Counted from the stretch's first letter, positions 17,244 to 26,136 are shown. The stretch: 40,364 nucleotides of DNA from Candidatus Eiseniibacteriota bacterium (GCA_034440375.1 JAWXBZ010000152.1:1-40364); one strand, 5' to 3'. Numbers and translations are program-made. Notes: a model not told the origin generated them from the sequence alone.

Positions 17244-18515
17244 ATGGTGGTCGTGAGCTATTCCGGCAAGGAAATCAACGCCAAGCTGGTCTATTACGGT
17301 CCGGGCCTTTGCGGCAAGACCACCAACCTCGAGCATGTCTACGACAGTATTCCGTCGACTCATCGCGGGAAGATGGTTTCCATGAAGACCCGCACCGAAC
17401 GAACACTTTTCTTTGATTTCCTCCCGGTGGATCTGGGCGAGCTGGGCGGCTTCAAGACCCGATTCCTCCTGTATACCGTGCCGGGGCAGGTCTATTACAA
17501 CGCCACGCGAAAGCTCGTTTTGCGTGGCGTTGACGCCGTCGTTTTTGTGGCCGACTCCGCCCGGGGCAAGATGAACGAAAACCTCGAGAGTCTTGAGAAT
17601 CTCAAGGAAAATCTCCGTGAGTACGGCCTCGACCTCGCTGTGATGCCATGGGTCCTGCAGTTCAACAAGCGTGACCTTCCCGACACCTATACGATCGAGG
17701 AGATGAACCAGGCACTCAACCCGGGCGGCGTCCCTCACTTCGAGGCGGTGGCCACCAACGGCACCGGTGTATTCGATACGCTGAAGGGGGTCTCGCGACT
17801 CCTTCTCCAAAAGCTCTCGAAGGAAATCAAGCTGTCGCCGAAGGTGGCGGAAGCGCGGGCCGAGGACCAGAAGTCGGCCCCGGCTGATCCAAGGCGGCCC
17901 GAGGTCGGCGTGCGCGGCCCGGTGTCGGCTCCCGTGGCCGCATTAACTCCAAGACCGACGACGGCACCGGTCTCCACCACGCCGGGCGTTCGCGTCTGGT
18001 CATCGCCGCCCGCCGCGCGTCCCCCCGCGGTTTCGGCCGTCCCGGCCCCGGCCGCCGTCGCCCCGAGTTCCTTCGAAGCCGGCGCGGCCACCGCCGCGTC
18101 ATCTGGCACCCCCGAGAAAGCGGGCTTCACGCGCAAGCTGGCTCAAATTTTTGGATTCAGAAAGAAGGACGAGGACGCCTTCGACATGTCGTCGCCGGCA
18201 AAGGCGAGGGTGGAGCCACCGGCCGCCGTTTCGGCTCCCCCGCTCGCCGCATCCTCCCCGCCTCGCGCGGCCGTGGTGACCAACGGTGCCTCCACCCGGA
18301 TTTCGCGGGTCGATCCAGTGCCCACCCGGGAGAGCGAAACCACCGCGAGCCGGACCTCGCCGTCCATAATCGAGAAGCGAATCACAGTTCCGGTGTCGCT
18401 GGAGCTGACGCCCGAGGAGATCCAGTCCGGATCACGCCTCAGGCTTGTCCTGGATATCGACCTGACGACGATGACGGCGACGGTCGAACGGGAAAGACGA
18501 ACCGGCACCCGCTGA
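17244..18515 (+). CDS. mglA: MglA-family small Ras-like GTPase with long C-terminal extension
   Basis: 'KEINAKLVYYGPGLCGKTTNL' (G1), 'ERTLFFDFLP' (G2 with intrinsic Arg), 'LYTVPGQV' (G3), 'NKRDLP' (G4), 'EAVA' (G5), followed by about 230 extra residues. ATG 17244 follows GGAGG. This is a family-level call; it may be a paralogue rather than the canonical mglA. Confidence 0.92.
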   Translation: MVVVSYSGKEINAKLVYYGPGLCGKTTNLEHVYDSIPSTHRGKMVSMKTRTERTLFFDFLPVDLGELGGFKTRFLLYTVPGQVYYNATRKLVLRGVDAVVFVADSARGKMNENLESLENLKENLREYGLDLAVMPWVLQFNKRDLPDTYTIEEMNQALNPGGVPHFEAVATNGTGVFDTLKGVSRLLLQKLSKEIKLSPKVAEARAEDQKSAPADPRRPEVGVRGPVSAPVAALTPRPTTAPVSTTPGVRVWSSPPAARPPAVSAVPAPAAVAPSSFEAGAATAASSGTPEKAGFTRKLAQIFGFRKKDEDAFDMSSPAKARVEPPAAVSAPPLAASSPPRAAVVTNGASTRISRVDPVPTRESETTASRTSPSIIEKRITVPVSLELTPEEIQSGSRLRLVLDIDLTTMTATVERERRTGTR

Positions 18516-18557
18516 TTCCGTGATCCCGGGGAGGGAGGCTTTCCTGTCCACCCGGGG

Positions 18558-18586
18558 TTGACGGTGGTGGGGGGCTTCTCTACCGT
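18558..18586 (+). promoter_or_regulatory. sigma70-type promoter for uppP (near-leaderless)
   Basis: TTGACG-N17-TACCGT; ATG 18596 follows 9 nt after the -10 box, with no SD. Confidence 0.6.
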
Positions 18587-18595
18587 GCGGCGCCT

Positions 18596-19420
18596 ATGTC
18601 GCCGACCACCGGTTTCCTGCTCGGGCTCATCCAGGGACTGACTGAATTCCTTCCGGTGTCGTCTTCCGGGCATCTGGTCCTGGCCGAGCATCTCCTCGGG
18701 CTCCGGAACGGCACCGCAGTTTTCCGGGTCGTGCTGCACGCGGCCACGCTGCTGGCAACCGTCATCGCCCTACGGACGGAGCTCGTTCGCATCCTGGCGT
18801 TCCTGGCATCCTCGATGGGAATCCGCTGGGTATCACTCCGCTCGGACGAATTGCGCGAGGGGCGCCGCCTGTTCCTGGCGATGGTGATAGGCACCATTCC
18901 GGTGGTTGTGGCCGGGTTGCTCTTCCGGGAGTCCATCGGGGAGTTGTATGAGAGTCCGCGCCTCGTCGGCTTCCTGCTGCTGCTTTCCGGGCTCGTTTTG
19001 ATCGCGACCCGGCTGGCGCCGAATGGCGGGGCCCAGCTCGACGCGACTTCGGCGCTGGCAATCGGGCTGGCACAGGCAGTTTCACTGCTGCCGGGCCTCT
19101 CGCGAACGGGCATGACCGTCGCGGCCGGTCTCCTGGCGGGAGTGAGACGGGAGCGCGTCGTTCGGTTCTCGTTTTTGCTCTCGCTCCCTGCGGTGGTCGG
19201 TGCGTCAATCCTTGAGCTCAATCGGGAGGTGTTGCCGGGGGGGACGCCGATACCCGCGCTGACACTGGTCGTCGCGTTCCTCACGGCCCTCGTCAGTGGC
19301 CTCCTGGCCATCCAGGTCATGTTGCGGGTGGTGACATCCGGACGACTGACGCTGTTTGGCCTTTACTGCATCGCGATGGGGGTCGCGGCGCTCGTGCTGT
19401 TGCCGAACGCCTCGCGCTAA
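18596..19420 (+). CDS. uppP: Undecaprenyl-diphosphate phosphatase (BacA family)
   Basis: 'LGLIQGLTEFLPVSSSGHL', 'LHAATLLA', 'IGLAQAVSLLPGLSRTGMT', 'FSFLLSLPA'. Confidence 0.95.
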   Translation: MSPTTGFLLGLIQGLTEFLPVSSSGHLVLAEHLLGLRNGTAVFRVVLHAATLLATVIALRTELVRILAFLASSMGIRWVSLRSDELREGRRLFLAMVIGTIPVVVAGLLFRESIGELYESPRLVGFLLLLSGLVLIATRLAPNGGAQLDATSALAIGLAQAVSLLPGLSRTGMTVAAGLLAGVRRERVVRFSFLLSLPAVVGASILELNREVLPGGTPIPALTLVVAFLTALVSGLLAIQVMLRVVTSGRLTLFGLYCIAMGVAALVLLPNASR

Positions 19421-19451
19421 CCTGGCGCGCCCGCATGGCAGCCCGCGGAAG

Positions 19452-19505
19452 CTAACGCTTGAGCCACCAGAAAAAATCAAACCCCAGCACCAGGAACGGA
19501 AGCAT
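19452..19505 (-). CDS. Putative 17-aa hydrophobic micropeptide MLPFLVLGFDFFWWLKR
   Basis: ATG 19505 to TAG 19452, preceded by TGAGGAGG-GACC, downstream of a sigma54-type promoter in an otherwise empty 306-bp gap between convergent genes. Too short for the ORF track. Confidence 0.5.
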   Translation of the reverse strand: MLPFLVLGFDFFWWLKR

Positions 19506-19583
19506 GGTCCCTCCTCAGTTCGGAATGGCCGCCGGGCGGGATTGCCGGCCCTTGCCGGCTCCCATACCCGGTGGGGATGGGAA

Positions 19584-19600
19584 TGCATAAGCCGTTCCAA
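19584..19600 (-). promoter_or_regulatory. Candidate sigma54 (-24/-12) promoter
   Basis: Minus strand TTGGAACGGCTTATGCA gives an exact GG-N10-GC spacing (TGGAAC-N5-ATGCA). Confidence 0.6.
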
Positions 19601-19625
19601 CTGCCGGCTTGGAGAGGCATCAGTC

Positions 19626-19650
19626 TAACCTGTTGTTTGTTAACAGGTTA
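19626..19650. promoter_or_regulatory. Perfect 9-bp inverted repeat (IHF-like or regulator site)
   Basis: TAACCTGTT-gtttgtt-AACAGGTTA, an AT-rich island 25 bp upstream of the -24 element. Confidence 0.55.
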
Positions 19651-19690
19651 TGAAGAGTGACGCAAGGTACTCGCGCGCAGCTGGCGGCGT

Positions 19691-19720
19691 GACTTGATCT
19701 CAGCCGGCTGAAAACCGACC
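19691..19720. promoter_or_regulatory. Adjacent 15-bp imperfect palindromes (candidate enhancer sites)
   Basis: GACTTGATCTCAGCC and GGCTGAAAACCGACC both resemble GGCTGA-N3-TCAGCC, about 120-150 bp upstream of the predicted start site. Confidence 0.35.
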
Positions 19721-19726
19721 AGCTGC

Positions 19727-22150
19727 CTAATAGAATCGAGCCACCACCAGCGTGACATCGTCGTCCGACACCGTGCCGTCGGGCGGTTGTGCGTTGGCCA
19801 TGATCGTGGCCTTGATTTGATCGGCGGAGGCGCCGGGCGATCGCCGGACCATGTCGACGAGATGATGGCGATCAGTCAGGGCTTCCTCGGGAATGCGGGC
19901 ATCCACCAGCCCATCCGAGAAGACGAGCAGTACATCTCCGGGCTGAACGCGAACCCGTCCCGATTCATAGGTGGCGCCCGGAATGACGCCGAGGATGATG
20001 CCCCCCTCCTCGAGGTCTTTGACCGTGCCGTCCGCGCCGATCAAGAGGGGCGGTTCTATCCCCGCATTGACGTAGGCCAGTTCACCGGCCACCGGGTCGA
20101 TGGCGGCGTAGAAAAAACAGACAAACCGATCCGGTTCGTTGATCTCCAGCACGCGTCGATTCAGCGCGGCCATGAGCGCGGCCGGCTCGATATCGGTCTC
20201 GGCCAGGGCCCGAAAGCTGGCCTGGACGCTGGCCATCAGGATGGCTGCCGGAATGCCCTTGCCGGAAACGTCCGAAACGGCCACGCCCAGCCGCCCGTCG
20301 GATAGACGCAGAAAGTCGTGAGCATCGCCGCCGACGGCCTCGCCCGGGAGTGTGACGCCGGCCAGTTCAACCAGTGGGGAGAGAGGCGGTTCGTCGGGGA
20401 GCAGGTGGCGCTGAATGCCGCGGGCCACCTCGAGTTCGCCCTGCAGCCGCTCCCGTTCATGCTCGTCTTCATTGCGCCGGGCCTGGGCCAGCGCCTCGGA
20501 TGCCGATCGTGAGATCCGCCGGAGGACCGCCAGTTCGCGGCTGTCAAGGCCGCCAGCCTCACGGGCCAGTTCGAACACGGCCACGGCCTGGAGCGCATGA
20601 CCATCCCGGATCGGGACAAAGAGTTCCCATCCACACTCGGCAAGTCGTTCGGCCACGACGGCCTTGAGCTCGGATGGGGCTCGAAACAGGATATCCGCCC
20701 GGGTGGCCGGCCGATCAATCTGCTCGAGGACTTCCGCAAGCGGTGACGCCAGAAATGCCGGGGTCGGGACGCCGTTCACCTTTCCATTTCTGGAAAGGTG
20801 GAGAATCGACGAACGGGCCGCTCCCAGACGTTGGTCCAGCTCGAGGACGAGGGCCTCGGTCAGGCGCGTCGAATCAAGGAAGCCGCTGATCCGACCGGAC
20901 AGTTCCTCCAATCGCCGCCGCCGCGAGAGATCCGCGCGAAAGAGGGTGCGATCGACAAACGCCTGGGCAACGTGACGGGTGCCCGAGAAAAGGAACGCCG
21001 CCAGAAGCAGGCCAAGTGCGGCCACGACCGGGTGCCCTCGCGCCGGATCGAGCCAGGGGCCGAGCCAGGTGACAGCGGCCAGCCATATCGAAGCCAGGAC
21101 CGTGGTGACGAGAAAGGCCACGGCGCCGCGTCGGAGGAGAAGTCGAATGTCGAAGATCCGGTGGCGAACGATGGCGTACATCCAGCACAGGGGAAGGAAC
21201 GCCACCGCGAGCACGGCGAACTGCTCGCCGGGAATGACCGGCAGACGCGTCAGGTTTCGAAGGATCAAGAGCAGCGTGATCGGGGTGAGTCCCACGATGC
21301 CGCCCCACAGGACCACGCGAAGTCGGAGAGACTCGGCTCGATCTCGTGTCCGGGCCAGCGTGAGAAGCAACCGGAACAGCGCACCGATCAGGCAGGAGAC
21401 GATGACGAGCAATGCCGCCATCGAGACCACCTGCTCGGCACTTTCGGAAACAGGCAGCGGGAGCTGGAGGCCGATCGCGGCGAGGGCAAGAAGCATGGAG
21501 ATGATCCAGGCCGTCAGGACGAAAGGCCTGGCTGCTGCCGAAAGCCGCCCGACGGGGAGACGAACAACGAATTCCACCAGCGCCGCTGCGAGTGTCAATC
21601 CGGCCAGATTGGAGAGCAGCGGATCGAGCGCTGCCAGCCACGTGGGTGATGGGGGGAGCGGTGGCCTCAGGATCAGGGCCAGCGCCAGGCCAATGAACAG
21701 AAAGGCACGACTCATGCCGCCGGGCCGCAGGTGCCAGGTGAGATAGCCGGTGCCGAGGCAGATCAGGGCCACCAGGAGCGACAGCCACCGCCGCAGATTC
21801 TCCCCGAGCGGCGGCGCGATCAACTCGAACGATACGACGCGGGCCGGCGATCCGGCCGGGGGTGTGACGAGCAGGCCGGCGAGGGTGCCCCGGGGGAGAG
21901 TCGAGATTTCGGCTGGCTGACACTCTTCAATCCGCACGCCGAGCGAATCGCCCGGACGATGCACGAAGACGCGTTGAATCCTATCGTCGACCGCAAGGCC
22001 GGCGCGCGCGGCAGGGCTGCCGGGGTCGACCGCGGCGACCTGGTCCGCCCGCATGGCGAAACCGAGGTACGGTCGGCGGGTCAGATCCGCGGCGCCGGCC
22101 AGGACGAGGGCCGCCGTGAGGGCGGCCAGAAGCGGAGCAAGGATGCGCAT
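19727..22150 (-). CDS. Membrane PP2C/SpoIIE-family serine phosphatase with N-terminal PDZ and degenerate GAF-like region
   Basis: PDZ 'VAAVDPGSPAARAGL.VDDRI', about 9 further TM helices with 'YAIVRHRIFDI', coiled coil 'ELEVARGIQRHLLP', PP2C metal motifs 'VGGD', 'DVSGKG', 'FSDGL', 'DDVT'. Start ATG 22150 or GTG 22153. Confidence 0.9.
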   Translation of the reverse strand: MRILAPLLAALTAALVLAGAADLTRRPYLGFAMRADQVAAVDPGSPAARAGLAVDDRIQRVFVHRPGDSLGVRIEECQPAEISTLPRGTLAGLLVTPPAGSPARVVSFELIAPPLGENLRRWLSLLVALICLGTGYLTWHLRPGGMSRAFLFIGLALALILRPPLPPSPTWLAALDPLLSNLAGLTLAAALVEFVVRLPVGRLSAAARPFVLTAWIISMLLALAAIGLQLPLPVSESAEQVVSMAALLVIVSCLIGALFRLLLTLARTRDRAESLRLRVVLWGGIVGLTPITLLLILRNLTRLPVIPGEQFAVLAVAFLPLCWMYAIVRHRIFDIRLLLRRGAVAFLVTTVLASIWLAAVTWLGPWLDPARGHPVVAALGLLLAAFLFSGTRHVAQAFVDRTLFRADLSRRRRLEELSGRISGFLDSTRLTEALVLELDQRLGAARSSILHLSRNGKVNGVPTPAFLASPLAEVLEQIDRPATRADILFRAPSELKAVVAERLAECGWELFVPIRDGHALQAVAVFELAREAGGLDSRELAVLRRISRSASEALAQARRNEDEHERERLQGELEVARGIQRHLLPDEPPLSPLVELAGVTLPGEAVGGDAHDFLRLSDGRLGVAVSDVSGKGIPAAILMASVQASFRALAETDIEPAALMAALNRRVLEINEPDRFVCFFYAAIDPVAGELAYVNAGIEPPLLIGADGTVKDLEEGGIILGVIPGATYESGRVRVQPGDVLLVFSDGLVDARIPEEALTDRHHLVDMVRRSPGASADQIKATIMANAQPPDGTVSDDDVTLVVARFY

Positions 22151-22161
22151 CACATCTGCTG

Positions 22162-22167
22162 TATAAT
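22162..22167 (+). promoter_or_regulatory. Consensus -10 box TATAAT 8 nt before GTG 22176
   Basis: TATAAT-cccccgcc-GTG in the 25-bp gap between divergent genes. Confidence 0.5.
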
Positions 22168-22175
22168 CCCCCGCC

Positions 22176-23765
22176 GTGACCACCTTCGGCAAGTTCCCGA
22201 AACGCGCCGTTTCAAACGTAACCCCGGGTGGGCACCGGAAGGGAGACCCACAATTGGTCCAGGGGCGAATCGAGCCGTTCCGTACGTCCCGGATGGCCTG
22301 GGTTTTCTACGGCATTCTTGCGATGGCTGTCCTGCTCAGGGCGATCGTGGCACTCCAATTCTACCGCTACTTCATCGACGACGCCTCCATATTCATGCGT
22401 TTCGTCGAGAATTTCGTGGCCGGTCACGGATTGGTTTTCAATCCCGGAGAACGTGTCCTCGGCTTTACCTCGCCCCTCTTCACGCTCGTCCTGGCAGGCC
22501 TCAAGTCGGCCCTGCCATCGGTCGGAATCGGCGCGATCATCAGCGCCCTCAATTTCACGCTCTTCACCATGACGGGGGTTATCCTGGTCAGGCTGACTCT
22601 GACTGACAAGCCGGTGTCATGGATGCTCCCACTGGTGTTCCTGTTCTATTTTCCCTTCGTCGACGCCAGTTTGAACGGCATGGAAACGACACTCATGCTG
22701 GCCACGCTTGTCGGAACCCTCTACCTGCTGCAGCGGGAGCGCCGGGATCTGGCGGTGGTGGTGGCCGGGTTCGCCGCGCTCACCCGCCCGGAGGGCGTTC
22801 TCTTTTTCGGCCTTGTCCTGGCTTATCTCATCTTCCTGAAGAAGGGTCCATTTCCCGTCAAGGGCTTCCTCATCGCGTCGCTCCTGGGCCTGGCCTGGGC
22901 GGGGGCGGCAAGTTCCTACTACGGCACGTTTGTCCCGCAATCGATGGTAGCCAAGTCCTCCCATGCCTGGCATGGCCTCCGAGAAGTCCCGAACTCTCCC
23001 TATTCCATCCATATCTTCCTGTCACTGGCACTCACCGATACGCTTTACCAGGGGCTTTCGCAGCACGTGAGGCTTCTGATTCAGGTCGTGGCCGGGCTTC
23101 TCACTCTTGGTTTTGCCCTGGGTTTCCGGCGGTTCCTCCGCGAACGGTCGCCGCTCGTCCTGGCGCCGATTTTCTACGTGGTCATTCTGCTCCTTTACAT
23201 CATTGGCAACCCGGTTGATCTGGCCAGCTGGCACACGATTCCGCCTTCGGTGGCTTTTTTCATTGCCCTGTTCGGGGGGCTTGAGGAGGTTCTGAGCCGG
23301 GGGAATGCGCGGTGGCTCCAGCGGTTCGTGCTGGCCGCAATTTTTCCGATACTGATCGCTTCGGTGCTCTGGGGATTGCCGCGAAGGGCCAGGACCATCA
23401 ACGATGTCCAGGGAGCACAGCGACACATCGTGACCTACGTGAGGGAGCACGTACCCGCTGCCACCTCCGTAGCGACGGGGCACATCGGACTGATTGGCCA
23501 CGAGTCGGGGCTCCGCATCGTTGATCTCGGGGCTCTCGTGACTCCGGCGGTCATGAAGGACCTCTACCTGAGCGACACGCTGGCGCGGGAAAAGCCGAGC
23601 GTGATCGTCCTGAATCCCACGATCCTGGAAGACGGATTGGATCCCATCTACCCGCACCCGTTTCGGACCCCGGCAGAAAAACAGGCGTTCCTCGAAACCT
23701 ACACACCGGTTTCAGAAGCCGGCCGGACGCACCTTTTCGTCGACCGGAAGCTCCTGGTTCAATAG
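22176..23765 (+). CDS. GT-C fold integral-membrane glycosyltransferase (AftB / arabinofuranosyltransferase-like)
   Basis: 'IDDASIFMRFVENFVAGHGLVFNPGERVLGFTSPLFTL', 'NGMET', 'LTRPEG', 'YYGTFVPQSMVAK', C-terminal 'IG.IG..SGLRIVDLGALVTP'. Start may be 22176, 22254 or 22293. Confidence 0.8.
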   Translation: MTTFGKFPKRAVSNVTPGGHRKGDPQLVQGRIEPFRTSRMAWVFYGILAMAVLLRAIVALQFYRYFIDDASIFMRFVENFVAGHGLVFNPGERVLGFTSPLFTLVLAGLKSALPSVGIGAIISALNFTLFTMTGVILVRLTLTDKPVSWMLPLVFLFYFPFVDASLNGMETTLMLATLVGTLYLLQRERRDLAVVVAGFAALTRPEGVLFFGLVLAYLIFLKKGPFPVKGFLIASLLGLAWAGAASSYYGTFVPQSMVAKSSHAWHGLREVPNSPYSIHIFLSLALTDTLYQGLSQHVRLLIQVVAGLLTLGFALGFRRFLRERSPLVLAPIFYVVILLLYIIGNPVDLASWHTIPPSVAFFIALFGGLEEVLSRGNARWLQRFVLAAIFPILIASVLWGLPRRARTINDVQGAQRHIVTYVREHVPAATSVATGHIGLIGHESGLRIVDLGALVTPAVMKDLYLSDTLAREKPSVIVLNPTILEDGLDPIYPHPFRTPAEKQAFLETYTPVSEAGRTHLFVDRKLLVQ

Positions 23766-23776
23766 CCGGACAGCCA

Positions 23777-25042
23777 TCAAACGGGGATGCCGGATGCCCG
23801 CGGGCCGGTCGCGGAGTTCCGACGCAATCGCCGGAGGACGACGGCATCAAGGAAGATGGCGGCCAGCATGATCAATCCGTAGTCGAACGGAAGCCGGTAG
23901 CGGATTCGGGGGAGAAACATGGAAAGGAAGAGACCATTTCCGACATAGAGGGCCAGGAGCAGAAGTTCGAAGTGACTTAAAGGAAACCGGAAACTGAGCG
24001 CAAGGCGAACGATAACCAGAAACAGGAGCGGCCAGTACGTGAAGAGCATGACCAGGTTTCTGGCGCGCGATTCCTCGCCGACCGTCATGATCCTGTTCGT
24101 GTAGTGAAACCAGTTCAGGAATTTGAGGCCGTAGAGCTTGAGGGTCCGGGCGGGGTTCTCCCGGATGTGCTCGAGGGCCCGATCCCGAAAGTAACGGTCG
24201 CGTTCGACCTCATTCATGTGGCGAAGAGCGTCGATGTCGCTGACATGACGCGAGGCATCGAAATAGCTGCTGTTCGGGTCGGTCGTCGATGAGTTTCCGT
24301 TCAGGAGGGTGACGCCGCCGTTCGTGCTCAACGGAATGAAGGCATGAAAGACTCCGTAATTGCGGACGGCCCATCCGCCCAGGAGAATCATGGTGGGGAG
24401 CAGGAGACAGAGAATGGCCATGGGGGCTCGCCGCCTTTCTCTCAGGATGAGCCAGGCAGCCGTGATCGCGAGCGTGAAGATGAAATTCGGCACCATCATG
24501 ATGGCCACCCCGAGGAAGAGCCCTGCCATCAGATAATTTCTTCTATTGATCCGGCCCGTTCCGGCCAGAATGGCGAGTGTGCCGAGAAGCAGCACGGCGC
24601 TGAGCGTCTGAGGATAGAAAGTGCCCGCCGTGTAGAACAAAACCGGATAACAGGCCACCAGCATGGCGCCGATCCAGGCAGCCCTTCTCGTTGCGGTCCG
24701 TTCCAGGACAACGAAAGTGAGACAGATCGAAGCGGCCAGCGCCAGAAAGCCCGCCAGCCGGAGCACGAAGAGGCCGGCTCCGGCGCTCAGGATCAGGGCC
24801 AGAAAGAACGGGTAACCCGGGGTCCGGACGGCGGTGGGATCCACCCCGTTGTAGCTGTACTTCCAGGTCGAAGCCAGATTTTGCGCCAGCTTTAGATAAT
24901 CGTGCTCGTCCGTGTATCGAACCTGGTTGCCAAGCGTGTGCGAATAAATGACGCCGGCCAGGAATACGAGAAGCGCAACCAGCAGGAGCCGGCCGGGAAG
25001 CGTTGGGCGCGGTGGCGTGGTCGCCCGAGGCGGATCAGTCAT
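23777..25042 (-). CDS. ArnT/PMT-like (GT39/GT83 type) membrane glycosyltransferase
   Basis: 'DEHDYLKLAQNL....YS..G..PTAVRTPGYPFFLA', 'WAVRNYGVFHAFIPLSTNGG..L.NGN', 'RYRLP'; multiple TM helices. Confidence 0.8.
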   Translation of the reverse strand: MTDPPRATTPPRPTLPGRLLLVALLVFLAGVIYSHTLGNQVRYTDEHDYLKLAQNLASTWKYSYNGVDPTAVRTPGYPFFLALILSAGAGLFVLRLAGFLALAASICLTFVVLERTATRRAAWIGAMLVACYPVLFYTAGTFYPQTLSAVLLLGTLAILAGTGRINRRNYLMAGLFLGVAIMMVPNFIFTLAITAAWLILRERRRAPMAILCLLLPTMILLGGWAVRNYGVFHAFIPLSTNGGVTLLNGNSSTTDPNSSYFDASRHVSDIDALRHMNEVERDRYFRDRALEHIRENPARTLKLYGLKFLNWFHYTNRIMTVGEESRARNLVMLFTYWPLLFLVIVRLALSFRFPLSHFELLLLALYVGNGLFLSMFLPRIRYRLPFDYGLIMLAAIFLDAVVLRRLRRNSATGPRASGIPV

Positions 25043-25062
25043 CGGTCCTGGGGGGCTTCGGA

Positions 25063-25803
25063 CTAGCGGCGAAAGCGATAGCGGAGAAGGGTGTAAATAC
25101 CTTCGAAGCCGTCCTTCCAGCCAATCTTCTTGCCTTCCTCCACCGAACGGGGATTGTAGGAGATCGGAACCTCGAGGATCTCGATGCCGTTTCTGGCCAC
25201 CTTGGCGGTGAACTCCGGGCAGAATTCAAATCGCTCGCACTCGAGCTCGAACTCGTCCAGCACATCGGCACGGAAGACCTTGTAACAGGTCGGCTCATCC
25301 GTCAGACGCAATCCATACAGCATGTTGGCCACCCAGGTGATGACCTGGCCGCCGACGAAAAAGAGCATGCTCGAGTGGCGGTCATGATCTTCTCCCTTGA
25401 ACCTCGAGCCGTACACGACCCGAACCTGTCCGCTCAAGATCGGACCCAGGAGCGATGGATATTCGTCCGGGGAATATTCAAGATCGGCGTCCTGAACGAT
25501 CAGGACATCCCCCGTGGCGTTTTCGAAACCGGTCCGGAGAGCCGCTCCCTTTCCGCGGTTCCGAGGATGTCTGATAACGCGGACTCCCGGCCCCTCGAGC
25601 TGTTTCAGAATTTCAGGAGTGCCATCGGAGGATCCATCATCGACCAGGATGAGTTCGCGCTCGAGCCCCAGCACGGGTGCCTCAAGCACCCGGCGGACGA
25701 TTTCGCGAACCGTCTTCGACTCGTTATAGACCGGGATGATGATGGAAACCCTCTTGAGCTCGGCCGAAACGGCGGGAAGAGGAGCAGGAGCGGGTGGGGT
25801 CAT
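25063..25803 (-). CDS. GT2 polyprenol-phosphate glycosyltransferase (DPM synthase / ArnC-like)
   Basis: 'SIIIPVYNE', 'VDDGSSDGT', 'NRGKGAALRTGF', 'QDADLEYSP', 'VYGSRF', 'TCYKVFR', 'EGKKIGWKDG'. ATG 25803. Confidence 0.92.
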   Translation of the reverse strand: MTPPAPAPLPAVSAELKRVSIIIPVYNESKTVREIVRRVLEAPVLGLERELILVDDGSSDGTPEILKQLEGPGVRVIRHPRNRGKGAALRTGFENATGDVLIVQDADLEYSPDEYPSLLGPILSGQVRVVYGSRFKGEDHDRHSSMLFFVGGQVITWVANMLYGLRLTDEPTCYKVFRADVLDEFELECERFEFCPEFTAKVARNGIEILEVPISYNPRSVEEGKKIGWKDGFEGIYTLLRYRFRR

Positions 25804-26136
25804 CCGTGGTTGTCCATTCCGATCCTGGCTCAGGATCAGCACACCTGAAAATGGCACCGAAATCGGCGCTGGAGTGCTGCTCCCAAGAAGGGGGCCTGAA
25901 GAAAACAACACAGCCAGCCGCAGATCGACCGACGTAAGTATCTTTATTGCTGGGCAATTATACCGATTGACTGGTGATGGTTCAAGATTTTTGTCACACG
26001 CGATGCGCGCAAAGCATTTTGGCTCCAGAACTTACGTGACATGGAGGCATGAGCTAACACGCAGCACCAGCGCAAGTGTAGAATGCGGCTTCGCGGGCCT
26101 CCCGGCCCGTTCGCCCCCTTGTCGGAGAAAAACCCA

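Noticed and set aside
17064-17810. 249-aa N-terminal extension of the PAS kinase in the ORF track (apparent overlap with mglA)
   Set aside because: It is the antisense frame of the MglA G domain. The kinase's recognisable sequence begins at ATG 17063, with its own candidate -10 just upstream.
19452-19505. Micropeptide as a trp/phe attenuator leader (tandem FF-WW, TrpL-like)
   Set aside because: No amino-acid biosynthesis or transport gene lies downstream on that strand (next is the convergent uppP), and there is no terminator/antiterminator with a U-tract. Kept as a micropeptide candidate instead.
25852-25867. TGGCAC as a third sigma54 promoter before the GT2-TPR gene
   Set aside because: The -12 element is missing (TGGCAC-CGAAA-TCGG), and a TAGAAT -10 at 26079-26084 explains the gene better.
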